Source of the DNA: Gammaproteobacteria bacterium
GTDB taxonomy: Bacteria; Pseudomonadota; Gammaproteobacteria; JAJPIJ01
Length of the DNA stretch: 64,000 bases
NCBI GenBank assembly: GCA_022072255.1
Contig: JAJVHZ010000061.1
Location: forward strand, 26,207-90,206
Reading direction: 5' to 3'
In this document: piece by piece, positions 41,560 to 54,632 of the stretch
How positions within the stretch are numbered: the stretch's first letter is position 1
Layout: every line of letters starts with the position of its first letter
Translations under genes and position numbers: made by a program
Notes under the pieces: model-generated
What the model saw: only the letters and a program-made list of their open reading frames with translations
The model's database searches: none
What the model was told of the DNA's origin: nothing

Positions 41560-42130
41560 GTAACGGCTTCAACTGAATGTCTATCGCCTCGCGCGCCCGG
41601 AATATCCGGGAGCGCACCGTGCCGATCGGGCATTCCATCACCTCGGCAATTTCCTCGTAACTCAGACCGTCCATCTCGCGCAGCGTGATGGCGGTTCGCA
41701 AATCGTCCGGCAATCGTTCGATCGTCCGGAACACCGTGTCCCTGATCTGTTCGGTCAGCAGGAGGTTCTCAGGTGTTTCGACCTCATGCTGCAACTCTTC
41801 AATATTGACCTCGCCGTCCTCGCCGTTCCCGCTCAGGTCGACCTCCAGCGGCCGGCGCGACAGCGTCACAAGGTGGTTCTTGGCCGTATTGATGGCAATG
41901 CGGTAGAGCCACGTGTAAAAGGCGCTGTCTCCACGAAAGTTCGGCAGGGCGCGATAGGCCTTGAGGAACGATTCCTGGGCCACGTCCAGCGCCTCGCTGG
42001 GATCGCGGATGTAGCGCGACACGAGCTTGACGATCTTGTGTTGGTACTTGAGGACCAGCAGGTCAAACGCACTCTTGTCGCCACGCTGAACCCTCTCAAC
42101 CAACGGTCTATCCGCGCTGCTGTCGCCCAT
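41552..42130 (-). CDS. rpoE: RNA polymerase sigma factor RpoE (sigma-24, ECF)
   Basis: It has sigma70 region 2 (YTWLYRIAINTAKN) and region 4 (LSYEEIAEVMECPIGTVRSRIFRARE). Confidence 0.95.
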   Translation of the reverse strand: MGDSSADRPLVERVQRGDKSAFDLLVLKYQHKIVKLVSRYIRDPSEALDVAQESFLKAYRALPNFRGDSAFYTWLYRIAINTAKNHLVTLSRRPLEVDLSGNGEDGEVNIEELQHEVETPENLLLTEQIRDTVFRTIERLPDDLRTAITLREMDGLSYEEIAEVMECPIGTVRSRIFRAREAIDIQLKPLLE

Positions 42131-42181
42131 GCGGGCCGTCTCCTTGTATCATCAGCACGGTGCGTACAAGCTCCTGTGGCA

Positions 42182-42211
42182 GTAGACCACTCAGGTGTGA
42201 GTAAGGTTCCA
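42182..42211 (-). promoter_or_regulatory. candidate sigma-E-dependent autoregulatory promoter of rpoE (GGAACC-N17-TCTAC)
   Basis: The minus strand reads GGAACCTTACTCACACCTGAGTGGTCTAC about 50 nt upstream of the rpoE start. It resembles the GAACTT-N16/17-TCTGA sigmaE/AlgU consensus. Confidence 0.35.
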
Positions 42212-42266
42212 TGAGATCTCGGGCGGACGGCCGGAGACCAATCGGCGGATTATCGACGATCTGAAG

Positions 42267-43901
42267 ATGAGCCATCAATACGACCTGGATGTGCTGGTCC
42301 TGGGCAGCGGCGCCGCCGGGCTGAGCACCGCCTTGCGCCTGGCGGAGCGTTATCGCGTCGGGGTGGTCACCAAGAGCGGCCTGACCGAGAGCAATACGCT
42401 GTATGCGCAGGGCGGGATCTCGGCGGTGCTGGACAAGGAGGATTCCGTCGCGTCCCACGTCGAGGACACGATCGACGCCGGTGCGGGGCTCTGCAACCGT
42501 GACGTGGTGCAGTACGTCGTCGAGCGTGGTCATCAATGCGTGCGATGGCTGCAGGAACTCGGGGCGCCCTTCACCACGCATACCGGCGCCGGCGGCCGCA
42601 CCGAAATACATCTCACGCGCGAGGGCGGCCACAGTCACCGGCGGGTGGTGCACGCGGCGGACGCCACCGGCCACGCGGTGGAGACGACCCTGGAATCCCA
42701 CGTTCGCGCCCATCCCAACGTCAAGTTGTTCGAGAACCATCTGGCGATAGATCTCATCCTGGCGGCGAAGCTGGGGCTGGGATACCGGCGCTGCCTCGGC
42801 GCATACGTCTATGACCGCGCCCGCCAGCGGGTCGAGACCTTCAGTGCCCGTTTCACGGTCTTGGCCACGGGCGGGGCGGGGAAGGTCTACCTGTACACGA
42901 CCAACCCCGACGTCGCCACCGGTGACGGGATAGCGATGGCCTGGCGAGCGGGCTGCCGGGTCGCCAACATGGAATTCATCCAGTTTCATCCGACCTGCCT
43001 GTATCACCCCCGGGCCAAGACCTTTCTCATCACCGAGGCCGTGCGCGGGGAAGGCGGCCGGCTGCTGCTTCCCGATGGCGAACCGTTCATGCACCGCTTC
43101 GACCCGCGGGGGGAGCTCGCCCCGCGTGACATCGTCGCGCGCGCCATCGACCATGAGATGAAACGGCTCGGTGCGGACTGCCTCTACCTCGATATCTCCC
43201 ACAAGGACGCGGATTTCATCCGGGAGCATTTCCCCACCGTGCACGGCCGCTGCATGGAGTACGGCATCGACATGACCCGGCAACCCATCCCCATCGTGCC
43301 GGCAACGCATTTCCTCTGCGGCGGCGTTGTGGCGGACATAAATGGCCGCACCGACCTTCCAGGCCTGTACGCCATCGGCGAGGTCGCCTGCACCGGCCTG
43401 CATGGCGCCAACCGCCTCGCAAGCAATTCCCTGCTGGAGTGCTGCGTGATGGCAGCCGCGTGCACGAACGACATCGACGAGGCATTTCCAGGGGCGCCCC
43501 CGCCCCCCGCCCTGCCCCAGTGGGACGAGAGCCAGGTGACTGATTCCGATGAGGAAGTCGTCGTCTCCCACAACTGGGATGAATTGCGGCGGTTCATGTG
43601 GGACTACGTCGGCATCGTGCGCACCACCAAGCGGATGCAGCGGGCGCTGCGGCGCGCGCAGCTCCTGCACACGGAGATCGCCGAATACTACGGAAATTTT
43701 CGTGTCACCAACGATCTCATCGAGCTGCGAAATCTGGTCCAGGTCGCCGAGCTGATCATCCACTCCGCCATGCTGCGCCGCGAGAGCCGCGGTCTGCACT
43801 ATACGGTGGACTATCCTCACCGCGACGACCGGACCTGGCTGCGGGACACCATCCTGTGCGCCGACACGCTGACCTCCACCCGGCGGGCGGCTGCGCTCTG
43901 A
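42267..43901 (+). CDS. nadB: L-aspartate oxidase
   Basis: It has the FAD-binding motif [12 protein letters not shown] and a succinate dehydrogenase/fumarate reductase flavoprotein-like fold. It is divergent from rpoE, as in E. coli. Confidence 0.93.
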   Translation: MSHQYDLDVLVLGSGAAGLSTALRLAERYRVGVVTKSGLTESNTLYAQGGISAVLDKEDSVASHVEDTIDAGAGLCNRDVVQYVVERGHQCVRWLQELGAPFTTHTGAGGRTEIHLTREGGHSHRRVVHAADATGHAVETTLESHVRAHPNVKLFENHLAIDLILAAKLGLGYRRCLGAYVYDRARQRVETFSARFTVLATGGAGKVYLYTTNPDVATGDGIAMAWRAGCRVANMEFIQFHPTCLYHPRAKTFLITEAVRGEGGRLLLPDGEPFMHRFDPRGELAPRDIVARAIDHEMKRLGADCLYLDISHKDADFIREHFPTVHGRCMEYGIDMTRQPIPIVPATHFLCGGVVADINGRTDLPGLYAIGEVACTGLHGANRLASNSLLECCVMAAACTNDIDEAFPGAPPPPALPQWDESQVTDSDEEVVVSHNWDELRRFMWDYVGIVRTTKRMQRALRRAQLLHTEIAEYYGNFRVTNDLIELRNLVQVAELIIHSAMLRRESRGLHYTVDYPHRDDRTWLRDTILCADTLTSTRRAAAL

Positions 43902-43937
43902 TCGACCGGTATCGCAGCCGGCCCCTGCCTTTCCGGA

Positions 43938-43957
43938 TCAGGCGGGTGCCCGCCCGG
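43938..43957. repeat. perfect 20-nt GC palindrome GCCCGCCCGGCCGGGCGGGC downstream of nadB (possible terminator or stem-loop; no U-tract)
   Basis: Read directly from the sequence. Confidence 0.3.
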
Positions 43958-44046
43958 CCGGGCGGGCAGGTCAGGCGCCAGGCAGATGTTCTGGCACGGT
44001 TTTCGCAGCCCGGCTGCAAACCGAGCCACCGGCGAGTCAAGGACCA

Positions 44047-45006
44047 ATGAGCCCAACGCTGCAAGCCATTGCCAACAGCCCGAAAATGAGCGCGCCGAAC
44101 CCGCCCGCCGCGGTATCCGAGAAGCACCTGGCCACGCTCGCACAGCGCCCCGCCTCGGCACTGGCGGCATCGACCCTGCACCTGGCCAACCTGCTGCAGA
44201 GCGCGCTGGAGCTCGACAAGCTCATCGAAGTCTTCGCCGAGGAGGTCAACCGCCTGCTGCCGCTGAGCGGCCTGGAGTACGTGAACATGGAAGAGCAGGT
44301 GCGGCTGATGCTGGGCCGGGAAGGCCCGCACTCCAACACCTACGATCTGGTCGTGCTCGACCGGTCCCTGGGGGTGATCTCCTTCCGCGGCGACGAGCCG
44401 CTGGAGGAGGACCAGGTGCACCAGCTCGAGGCGCTCATCTGTGCGCTCGTCTACCCCCTGCGCAACGCCCTCATGTACAAGCGCGCGCTGGATACCGCGC
44501 TGAAGGATCCCGTCACCGGCATCAACAACCGCGCCGCGCTCAATGCGACGATCGATCGGGAGGTCAATCTCTCGCACCGGCATGGCTACGCGCTGTCGGT
44601 GATCATGCTCGACCTCGATCACTTCAAACGCGTCAACGACGAGCATGGCCATCTGGCCGGCGACACCGTGCTGCGGACCGTTGCAGGCCGTATCACCGAC
44701 TGCACCCGCGGCAGCGACATGGTGTTCCGCTACGGCGGGGAAGAGTTCACCGTGGTGCTGAGCAATACGGATATCGACGGCGCCGCACTACTCGCCGAGC
44801 GCATACGCAAGGCGATCGCGGCGATGCCGATAGTCATCGATGATCTCGAGATCTCCGTAACCGTCAGCATGGGTGTGTCGACCCTGGAGGCGGGAGACTC
44901 CGCCGCCACCCTGCTCAATCGCGCCGACGCGGCGCTGTACGACGCCAAGACCGCCGGCCGCAACCGGGTGATGATCCAGACGGGCGCGCATTGCGCCTCC
45001 GGGTGA
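44047..45006 (+). CDS. diguanylate cyclase (GGDEF domain) with an uncharacterised N-terminal sensor-like domain of about 150 aa
   Basis: It has the GGEEF active site (RYGGEEFTVVL), and the RxxD I-site position lies in KRVNDEHGHLAGD. Confidence 0.85.
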   Translation: MSPTLQAIANSPKMSAPNPPAAVSEKHLATLAQRPASALAASTLHLANLLQSALELDKLIEVFAEEVNRLLPLSGLEYVNMEEQVRLMLGREGPHSNTYDLVVLDRSLGVISFRGDEPLEEDQVHQLEALICALVYPLRNALMYKRALDTALKDPVTGINNRAALNATIDREVNLSHRHGYALSVIMLDLDHFKRVNDEHGHLAGDTVLRTVAGRITDCTRGSDMVFRYGGEEFTVVLSNTDIDGAALLAERIRKAIAAMPIVIDDLEISVTVSMGVSTLEAGDSAATLLNRADAALYDAKTAGRNRVMIQTGAHCASG

Positions 45007-45074
45007 TCGCCTGATCGCGGCCTGGCGCGCCGCGCCGCGACCCCTGCGCAACGCGCGTATCGACCAACCCGCCG

Positions 45075-47919
<2,845 letters not shown>

Positions 47920-47988
47920 GCCCCTTCCCTTGCCGCCCCCTCACGGAGCGGTGCCTCTGCACCCTCGGCGCGGAGCGGTGGCGGGAAC

Positions 47989-50900
47989 TCAGCCGGTCGC
48001 CGCCAGGCGTACCGCCTCGTCCATGTTGACCGACACAAGCCGCGACACCCCCGCCTCCTGCATGGTAACACCGACGAGCTGGTCGGCGATCTCCATCGTA
48101 ATCTTGTTGTGGGTGATGAATATGAACTGGATGTCGCGGGCACGCTGCTTGAGCATTTCGCACAGGCGGACGACGTTGGCATCGTCCAGAGGTGCGTCCA
48201 CCTCGTCGAGCAGGCAGAATGGCGCGGGATTCAGCTCGAAGATTGCGAAGATGAGGGCCACCGCCGTCAGTGCCTTCTCGCCGCCCGATAGCAGGTGGAT
48301 CGTGCTGTTGCGCTTCCCCGGCGGACGCGCATTGACCGACACGCCGGTCTCGAGCAGATCCTCGCCGGTCAGTTCGAGCACTGCATGGCCGCCTCCGAAC
48401 AGGGCGGGGAAAAGGGTCTGGAATCCGCTGTTGACCTTGTCGAAGGTCTCCTTGAAGCGCGTGCGCGTCTCACGATCAATCTTCCGTATCGCCTCCTCCA
48501 GGGTGGCGAGCGCCTCGTTGATGTCGGCGAGCTGGCTGTCGAGATAGGTCTTGCGCTCCGCGAGGGTGCTGAACTCGTCGATCGCGGCAAGATTGATGGG
48601 GCCCAGCCGCTGGATCTTCCGGCCGACCTCCGCGAGGCGTTCTTCCCACGCCGCCTCGGCGGCATCCGGCGGCAGCGTCTCGATGACCTGCTCGGCGATC
48701 GCCTCGGCGGCAGCGAGTTGTTCGACGATGCCCTCCAGGCGGGTCTCCAGGCTGCGCGCGTCCAGGCGCGCCTGTTCCAGTTCCTCGCGCCTCTGGCCAG
48801 CTTCGGCCTCGATCGCGTGGCGCTGCTGCTCGAGCGCGCGCAGCCGGGCGTCGGCCTGCTGCAGCGCCTCGCGGGTGCCGTTCAATTCGGCCTCGGCCTC
48901 CAGCCGCTTCGCCAGGGCGGTCTCCCTTTCCGCCTGCAACTGCGCATGGGGCGCGCCGAACCCCTGCAACTGCTCACGAAGATCCGCGACCTGCTGCTGC
49001 AGACGCTCGATCTGTGCGCGGTTGCGGCCGAGCGACTGTTCCAGCGCCGCCCTCTCGGAACGTATCGCCCCGATCTTGGCCGTAAGCGCATGACCCGCGT
49101 CGCGGATGGATTGCCAGCGCTGGCGGGCGGCGGCGACCGCGGCGCGCAGACGCTCGCGCTCCTCGCCGAGCCGTGCGCGTTCGCCCTCGAGGGCATCGCG
49201 CTGTGCGGTTGCCGAGTCCAGACGCTCGGAGCAGGTGGTCAGCTCCGCCGTCTCCTCCTCGATCTGCTCCTCCAGCTCCTGGGATTCCCCGATCAGTTGC
49301 GCGAGACGCTGCGTCGTCTGCTCGAGCCGCGTCTGGCCCGCCGAGACCTCCGATCGCAGTACCGACATGGCCTCCTGCGCGGCAACGAGCTGCCCGCGCA
49401 ACGTTGCCTCGCGCGATTCGAGCGCGACCAGTTGCGTGCGCGTCTCCTCCATCCGCCGCTGCAGTGCATCGATCTCCATTTCGGTGCGTGCCCGGTCTCC
49501 CTGCAGCGACTTCAGCTCCTGCGTGCGCTGCAACAGTCCATCCGTCGCACGCGTGTCGCGGTTGACCTTCACCCAGCCGGCGCCGAGCCACGTGCCGTCG
49601 CGCATGATCACCGACTCGCCCGGCTGCAGAGCCGGAACGGCCCGGCGTGCCGCCTCCAGCGTTTCGGCCGCATAAATACCGTCGAACAGGTCGGTGACCG
49701 GCCACGGGGCCTGGATCTTTTCCGCTAGCGGCGGCAGTTCCACGGCCGGATTTCGACGGGCCTCGTTGCCACTCCGCAGCGACACGTCGAGCGCCGCGGC
49801 GCTGCCCTCTCGCAGCGCCGGCAACTGCTCGAAAAGGGGCTGCAGCGCGGGGATGCAAAGGGCCTGAAGCGGCACCAGCGCCGCGGTTTCCACGGCGCGT
49901 TCCCAGCCGTCCTCGACGCTGATGACCTCGGAGAGCCGAGGCGCCTCGGCCATACCGGTGTCACGCAGCCACTGCACGAGGCCCATCCGGTCGGTGCCGA
50001 GGCTCGACTGCTGCAATGCCTCGAGGGAGGCGATGCGGCCACTCAGCTGCTGGCGCTGCTGGCGTCGCTCATCGAGTTGCGAGGAGACCTCATCGATGGT
50101 CTGGCGCAGCCGGGTCAGTTCGCCGCGCAGCTGCTCGTGTTCGGTATGCAGCGCCGCGTGACTGCCCTGCGTGCCGGTGAATTTTTGTTCCAGCCCGGCC
50201 AGCGCCCCGCGCAGGTTCTCCGGTACCAGCCCCGCCCGCTCCCGGCGCAGCGACTCCGCCCGCTGCTGCGCGACCTCGATGGCGTCCTCGAGGTGTTCAC
50301 GTCGCGTCTGCTCCACGTGCGCCTGCCGCTGTGCATCGGCGAGGCGCTGGTTGAATTCATCCCAGCGGGACTGCCATTCGTTCAGGTGCAGTTCCGCCTC
50401 GACGACCTGCCGGTCTGCCCCCTGTTCCTCCCCGGCGTGGCGGGTCTGTTCCGGCTCGAGCGCGGCCAGCTCCTGCAGCAAGGACGCCAGACGCCGTTCG
50501 TCCTCGGCAATGTGACGGCGCGCCTCTTCCAGTCCGCGTTCGGTGCCGCCGAGCTCCCGCTCCATCGACTGCCGCCGCTCCAGCGCGTGCTGGATCTGCT
50601 GTTCCAGCCGGGCCACCTCGGCGCCGACGCCGTAGAATCGGCCCTGGACGGCATTGAAATGATCGGTGGCGGCGACCTGGGCATCGTGCTGACGGGCGAT
50701 CTCCGCCTCCACAGCGCGCAACGCGGCGGTCGTGGCCTCGACCGCATTGGCGCGCCGTTCGATGTCCTTGCGGTGAACCTCGAGCCGGCCGTTCAGCGAG
50801 CGCCAGCGCAGGGCGTGCAGTTGTGATTGGGTCGCGCGCTCCTCGGCCTTGAGCTCCTGATACCGCTCCGCCGACCGGGCCTGCCGCTGCAGGTGCTGCA

Positions 50901-51513
50901 GCTGCCTGTCGAGCTCCGCGACGATGTCGGTGATGCGGGCGAGATTCTCCTGGGTGTTCTTGATGCGATTCTCCGTCTCCCTGCGGCGCTCCTTGTATTT
51001 CGAGATGCCGGCCGCCTCCTCGAGAAAGGCACGCAGGTCCTCCGGCCTGGCCTCGACCACCCGCGAGATCATGCCCTGCTCGATGATGGAGTAGGAGCGC
51101 GCCCCGATCCCGGTGCCGAGGAAGAGTCCCGTGATGTCCCGGCGCCGGCAGCGGGCGCCGTTGAGAAAATAGCTCGACTGACCATCCCGCCCCACCTGCC
51201 GCTTTACCGAGATCTCGCCATAGGGGGCGTACTGGCCGCCGAGCTTGGCATCGCTGTTGTCGAATATGAGCTCCACGGACGCCTGGCTGACGGGCTTGCG
51301 GGTGCCCGAGCCGTTGAAGATCACGTCCGCCATCGAATCCCCGCGCAGGTGCTTGGCCGAGCTCTCCCCCATGACCCACTGGATGGCGTCGATGATGTTG
51401 GATTTTCCGCAGCCGTTCGGCCCGACGATGCCGCTCAGGTTGCGGCGAAACTCCAGGCTCGTCGGGTCCACGAACGACTTGAATCCCGCGACCTTGACCT
51501 TGTTGATTCGCAT
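47989..51513 (-). CDS. smc: chromosome segregation protein SMC
   Basis: It begins MRINKVKVAGFKSF with a Walker A GPNGCGKSN, long coiled coils, a hinge, and a C-terminal LSGGEKALTAVALIFAIF signature followed by Walker B LLDEVDAPLD. Confidence 0.93.
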   Translation of the reverse strand: MRINKVKVAGFKSFVDPTSLEFRRNLSGIVGPNGCGKSNIIDAIQWVMGESSAKHLRGDSMADVIFNGSGTRKPVSQASVELIFDNSDAKLGGQYAPYGEISVKRQVGRDGQSSYFLNGARCRRRDITGLFLGTGIGARSYSIIEQGMISRVVEARPEDLRAFLEEAAGISKYKERRRETENRIKNTQENLARITDIVAELDRQLQHLQRQARSAERYQELKAEERATQSQLHALRWRSLNGRLEVHRKDIERRANAVEATTAALRAVEAEIARQHDAQVAATDHFNAVQGRFYGVGAEVARLEQQIQHALERRQSMERELGGTERGLEEARRHIAEDERRLASLLQELAALEPEQTRHAGEEQGADRQVVEAELHLNEWQSRWDEFNQRLADAQRQAHVEQTRREHLEDAIEVAQQRAESLRRERAGLVPENLRGALAGLEQKFTGTQGSHAALHTEHEQLRGELTRLRQTIDEVSSQLDERRQQRQQLSGRIASLEALQQSSLGTDRMGLVQWLRDTGMAEAPRLSEVISVEDGWERAVETAALVPLQALCIPALQPLFEQLPALREGSAAALDVSLRSGNEARRNPAVELPPLAEKIQAPWPVTDLFDGIYAAETLEAARRAVPALQPGESVIMRDGTWLGAGWVKVNRDTRATDGLLQRTQELKSLQGDRARTEMEIDALQRRMEETRTQLVALESREATLRGQLVAAQEAMSVLRSEVSAGQTRLEQTTQRLAQLIGESQELEEQIEEETAELTTCSERLDSATAQRDALEGERARLGEERERLRAAVAAARQRWQSIRDAGHALTAKIGAIRSERAALEQSLGRNRAQIERLQQQVADLREQLQGFGAPHAQLQAERETALAKRLEAEAELNGTREALQQADARLRALEQQRHAIEAEAGQRREELEQARLDARSLETRLEGIVEQLAAAEAIAEQVIETLPPDAAEAAWEERLAEVGRKIQRLGPINLAAIDEFSTLAERKTYLDSQLADINEALATLEEAIRKIDRETRTRFKETFDKVNSGFQTLFPALFGGGHAVLELTGEDLLETGVSVNARPPGKRNSTIHLLSGGEKALTAVALIFAIFELNPAPFCLLDEVDAPLDDANVVRLCEMLKQRARDIQFIFITHNKITMEIADQLVGVTMQEAGVSRLVSVNMDEAVRLAATG

Positions 51514-51731
51514 GGCGGCGGAGAATACAAGAATGTTCAACCGCTAAACAAGGCACCGCGGGCCACTGCGTACCCGGCCGATTCGCGGTCGTGGTCCGTG
51601 CGCCGCCGTAGGTGTTTGTGATCGCGGATGAATCCCTCGGCGGGGCCCCTGCATCGGCCCCGTATGCGGCATTTCGGAGCCATGTTATGGTGGGCGCTGA
51701 TGACCCGTCGACGGCGAACAGCAACCGAATC

Positions 51732-52121
51732 ATGAGCACCAGACCCGCCCGGGCCCTCGAGACCTTCGAGAACCCCGCACCCGAGCGCGATTACAGTATT
51801 CACATCCGCATCCCGGAGTTCACCTGCCTGTGCCCGAAGACCGGCCAGCCGGACTTCGCGACGATGGATCTGAGTTACGTCCCGGACCGCCTCTGCGTGG
51901 AGCTGAAGTCGCTGAAGCTCTACATATGGTCGTTCCGCGACGAAGGGGCGTTTCACGAGGCCGTCACCAATCGCATCCTCGACGACGTCGTGCGCGCATG
52001 CACCCCGCGGTTCGCGCGCCTGAGCGCCGCGTTCAACGTGCGCGGCGGAACGTATCCGACCGTTATCGCCGAATACCGCAAGCCGGGGTGGGAACCCGCG
52101 CCCCCCGTGACCCTGAGCTGA
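51732..52121 (+). CDS. queF: NADPH-dependent 7-cyano-7-deazaguanine reductase (type I QueF)
   Basis: It has the QueF motif E(F/L)[12 protein letters not shown] and the catalytic Cys. The ATG at 51732 gives about 130 aa, typical of the unimodular form. Confidence 0.9.
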   Translation: MSTRPARALETFENPAPERDYSIHIRIPEFTCLCPKTGQPDFATMDLSYVPDRLCVELKSLKLYIWSFRDEGAFHEAVTNRILDDVVRACTPRFARLSAAFNVRGGTYPTVIAEYRKPGWEPAPPVTLS

Positions 52122-52124
52122 GCC

Positions 52125-52889
52125 GTGCTGGCTGACCTGCTCGGCGGCGCGCGCTACCTGCTGACCGGCCTTCGCCTGCTGTGGCGCCCGCGCGTCCGGG
52201 CCTTCGCGCTCGTTCCCCTGGCCATCAGTGCGATCGTGTTCACAGGCGGCATATGGCTGGCGTGGCACTGGATCGGGGCGCTGACCGAACAGATGATGCA
52301 GCACATCCCGCAGTGGATGGCATGGCTGCGTTACCTCGTCTGGCCCCTGTTCGTGCTGCTCGCACTGGTGTTCGTGTTCTTCGGATTCAATCTGGTCGCC
52401 AACCTTGCAGGGGCGCCGTTCAATGGCTGGCTCGCGGAGGCCGTGGAGATGCATCTCACCGGATCCACGCAGGCCCCGCCGATGACCTGGCAGCAGCTTC
52501 CCGCCGAGATCGGCGCCATCCTGCGCGCTGAACTGCGCAAGCTTTTGTACATCGCGCTCTGGTCGATCCCGCTGCTGCTGTTGCTGTTCATTCCCGTGCT
52601 CGGCCCGGCGCTGTGGTTCCTCTGGGGTGCCTGGACGTTCGCGTGCAACTACGCCGACTACCCCATGGGCAACCACGGAATGAAGTTTCCGGAACAGCGC
52701 CGGCTGCTTGCAGGACGCCGCGCCCTGGCCATGGGGTTCGGAATCGCCTCGCTGTTGCTGACGCTCGTCCCGCTGCTGAATTTTCTCGCCATGCCGGCAT
52801 CGGTGGCGGGCATGACGGCGTTGTACCTGACCGAACTGCGCGCCACGGCGGCAGCGCAAGCGCGCGCCGAATCGCAATTGCGTGGGTAA
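52125..52889 (+). CDS. cysZ: sulfate transporter CysZ
   Basis: 254 aa with 4 TM segments in the CysZ/EI24 family topology. I chose a GTG start. Confidence 0.85.
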   Translation: MLADLLGGARYLLTGLRLLWRPRVRAFALVPLAISAIVFTGGIWLAWHWIGALTEQMMQHIPQWMAWLRYLVWPLFVLLALVFVFFGFNLVANLAGAPFNGWLAEAVEMHLTGSTQAPPMTWQQLPAEIGAILRAELRKLLYIALWSIPLLLLLFIPVLGPALWFLWGAWTFACNYADYPMGNHGMKFPEQRRLLAGRRALAMGFGIASLLLTLVPLLNFLAMPASVAGMTALYLTELRATAAAQARAESQLRG

Positions 52890-52940
52890 CACCTTTCTGG
52901 TAAAAGGACGCACTTAATTTTTGGGCAGGGGGTTAACACC

Positions 52941-53702
52941 ATGGCCGCCAAGAAAAAATCGAAGCCAGCCGGCAAGGCCGCGGGCCGCAATTCCGCGGCC
53001 CGGAAGAAGCCGCCTGCGCGCTCTGCGAAGCCGGCGGCAAAGAAATCCTCACGTCCCTCCGCCGCCCGGGCGCCGCTAAAGAAAAAGAAGGCCTCCGCCG
53101 CTACCAGATCACGGACCGCGCCGGCGAAGGCCCCCGCGAAACCGAAACGTCCGGCACCGGCGCCAAGGAGATCGGCTCCGGTTGCCACTGTCAGGAAACC
53201 TGCGTCGGCGGCCGCCGCGGCCCCGCGCGCCGTGACTACAGGTAAGCCCGTGCCGAGACAGAAGATCGCGCCCGCACCGACCGCGACGGAAACCCCGGTC
53301 GCCCGTCCCGCCCCGTATCAGGCCGCGCGGGGCGAGGAGTACATGAACTCCAACCAGGTTTCCCATTTCCGGCAGCTGTTGATGACCTGGCGTCACGAAC
53401 TGATGCAGGAAGTCGACCGTACCGTGCATCACATGCAGGATGATGCCGCGAACTTTCCGGATCCCAACGATCGCGCCACCCAGGAAGAGGAGTTCGCTCT
53501 CGAGCTGCGCACGCGCGATCGCGAGCGCAAGCTCATCAAGAAGATCAATGAATCCCTGGCGGCGCTGGATGCCGGCACTTACGGCTATTGCGAGATGTGC
53601 GGCGTGGAGATCGGGATCAAGCGGCTCGAGGCGCGCCCGACCGCCACGTTGTGCATCGACTGCAAGACGCTGGACGAGATTCGCGAAAGACAGCGCGCCT
53701 GA
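52941..53702 (+). CDS. dksA: RNA polymerase-binding transcription factor DksA with a histone-H1-like Lys/Ala/Pro-rich N-terminal extension of about 125 aa
   Basis: The C-terminal 130 aa align to E. coli DksA (PYQ...EEYMN, a coiled coil with DxxDxA, and the C4 zinc finger CEMCGVEIGIKRLEARPTATLCIDC). The N-terminal 125 aa are AKKKSKPAGKAAG... repeats. AGGGGG lies 8 nt upstream of the ATG at 52941. Confidence 0.85.
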   Translation: MAAKKKSKPAGKAAGRNSAARKKPPARSAKPAAKKSSRPSAARAPLKKKKASAATRSRTAPAKAPAKPKRPAPAPRRSAPVATVRKPASAAAAAPRAVTTGKPVPRQKIAPAPTATETPVARPAPYQAARGEEYMNSNQVSHFRQLLMTWRHELMQEVDRTVHHMQDDAANFPDPNDRATQEEEFALELRTRDRERKLIKKINESLAALDAGTYGYCEMCGVEIGIKRLEARPTATLCIDCKTLDEIRERQRA

Positions 53703-53708
53703 CAGGCA

Positions 53709-54632
53709 GTGATCTCCGCGTCGCTCGACGCGCGGCATCCGGGCCGGATCAGCGTTTATTGCGGTCGGTTCGCGCCCTCTCCCTCCGGACCGCTACATTT
53801 CGGCTCGCTGGTCACGGCGCTCGCCAGCTACCTGCAGGCGCGCAGCCGCGGCGGTCGATGGCTCGTGCGCATGGAGGACCTCGACACCCCCCGCAATCAG
53901 CCGGGCGCCGCGACGACCATCCTCAGGCAGTTGGACAGCCTTGGTCTGCGCCCCGACGGCGCGGTGCTTGCCCAGAGCACGCGGCTGCGCGCATACCGTG
54001 AGGCACTTGCGGCGCTCGCCGCGCGCCATCTCACGTTCCCGTGCGGCTGTTCACGCCAGGACCTCGGCGAGGCGATCTATCCCGGCACATGTCGCAACGG
54101 GCTGGCGCCGGGACGGCAGGCACGTGCGGTGCGAGTCCGCGTGAGCGGGGAGACGATCGTCCTTCAGGACGAGATACAGGGGGAGTTCCGGCAGCACCTC
54201 TCCCGCGAGGTCGGCGACTTCGTCGTACGGCGGGCCGACAATATCGTCGCGTACCATCTGGCCGTGGTCGTGGACGACGCCTGGCAGGGGATCACCGAGG
54301 TGGTGCGCGGGGCGGATCTGCTGGATTCGACACCGCGACAGATCTATCTGCAGCGACTCCTCGGATTGCCGACGCCGCGGTACGCGCATCTGCCGATCGC
54401 AGCCGATGCGCAGGGACAGAAGCTGAGCAAGCAGACCGGCGCCCGCGCGATCGCCGAAGGCGGGCCGGTACGCACGCTTCATGCATGCCTTGAATACCTC
54501 GGCCAACGACCCGACCCGCGCCTGCAGCGTGCAATGCCGTCGGAGGTGCTCGAGTGGGGTGTCGCGCATTGGGATCTCTCGAAGGTCCCGCGCCGCGCGA
54601 CGATCATCGTGCAGCCCGATCAGGGTCTTTGA
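53709..54632 (+). CDS. gluQ: glutamyl-Q tRNA(Asp) synthetase
   Basis: It is a GluRS catalytic-domain paralog (GRFAPSPSGPLHFGSL; KLSKQ). It lies immediately downstream of dksA, as in E. coli. Confidence 0.9.
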   Translation: MISASLDARHPGRISVYCGRFAPSPSGPLHFGSLVTALASYLQARSRGGRWLVRMEDLDTPRNQPGAATTILRQLDSLGLRPDGAVLAQSTRLRAYREALAALAARHLTFPCGCSRQDLGEAIYPGTCRNGLAPGRQARAVRVRVSGETIVLQDEIQGEFRQHLSREVGDFVVRRADNIVAYHLAVVVDDAWQGITEVVRGADLLDSTPRQIYLQRLLGLPTPRYAHLPIAADAQGQKLSKQTGARAIAEGGPVRTLHACLEYLGQRPDPRLQRAMPSEVLEWGVAHWDLSKVPRRATIIVQPDQGL

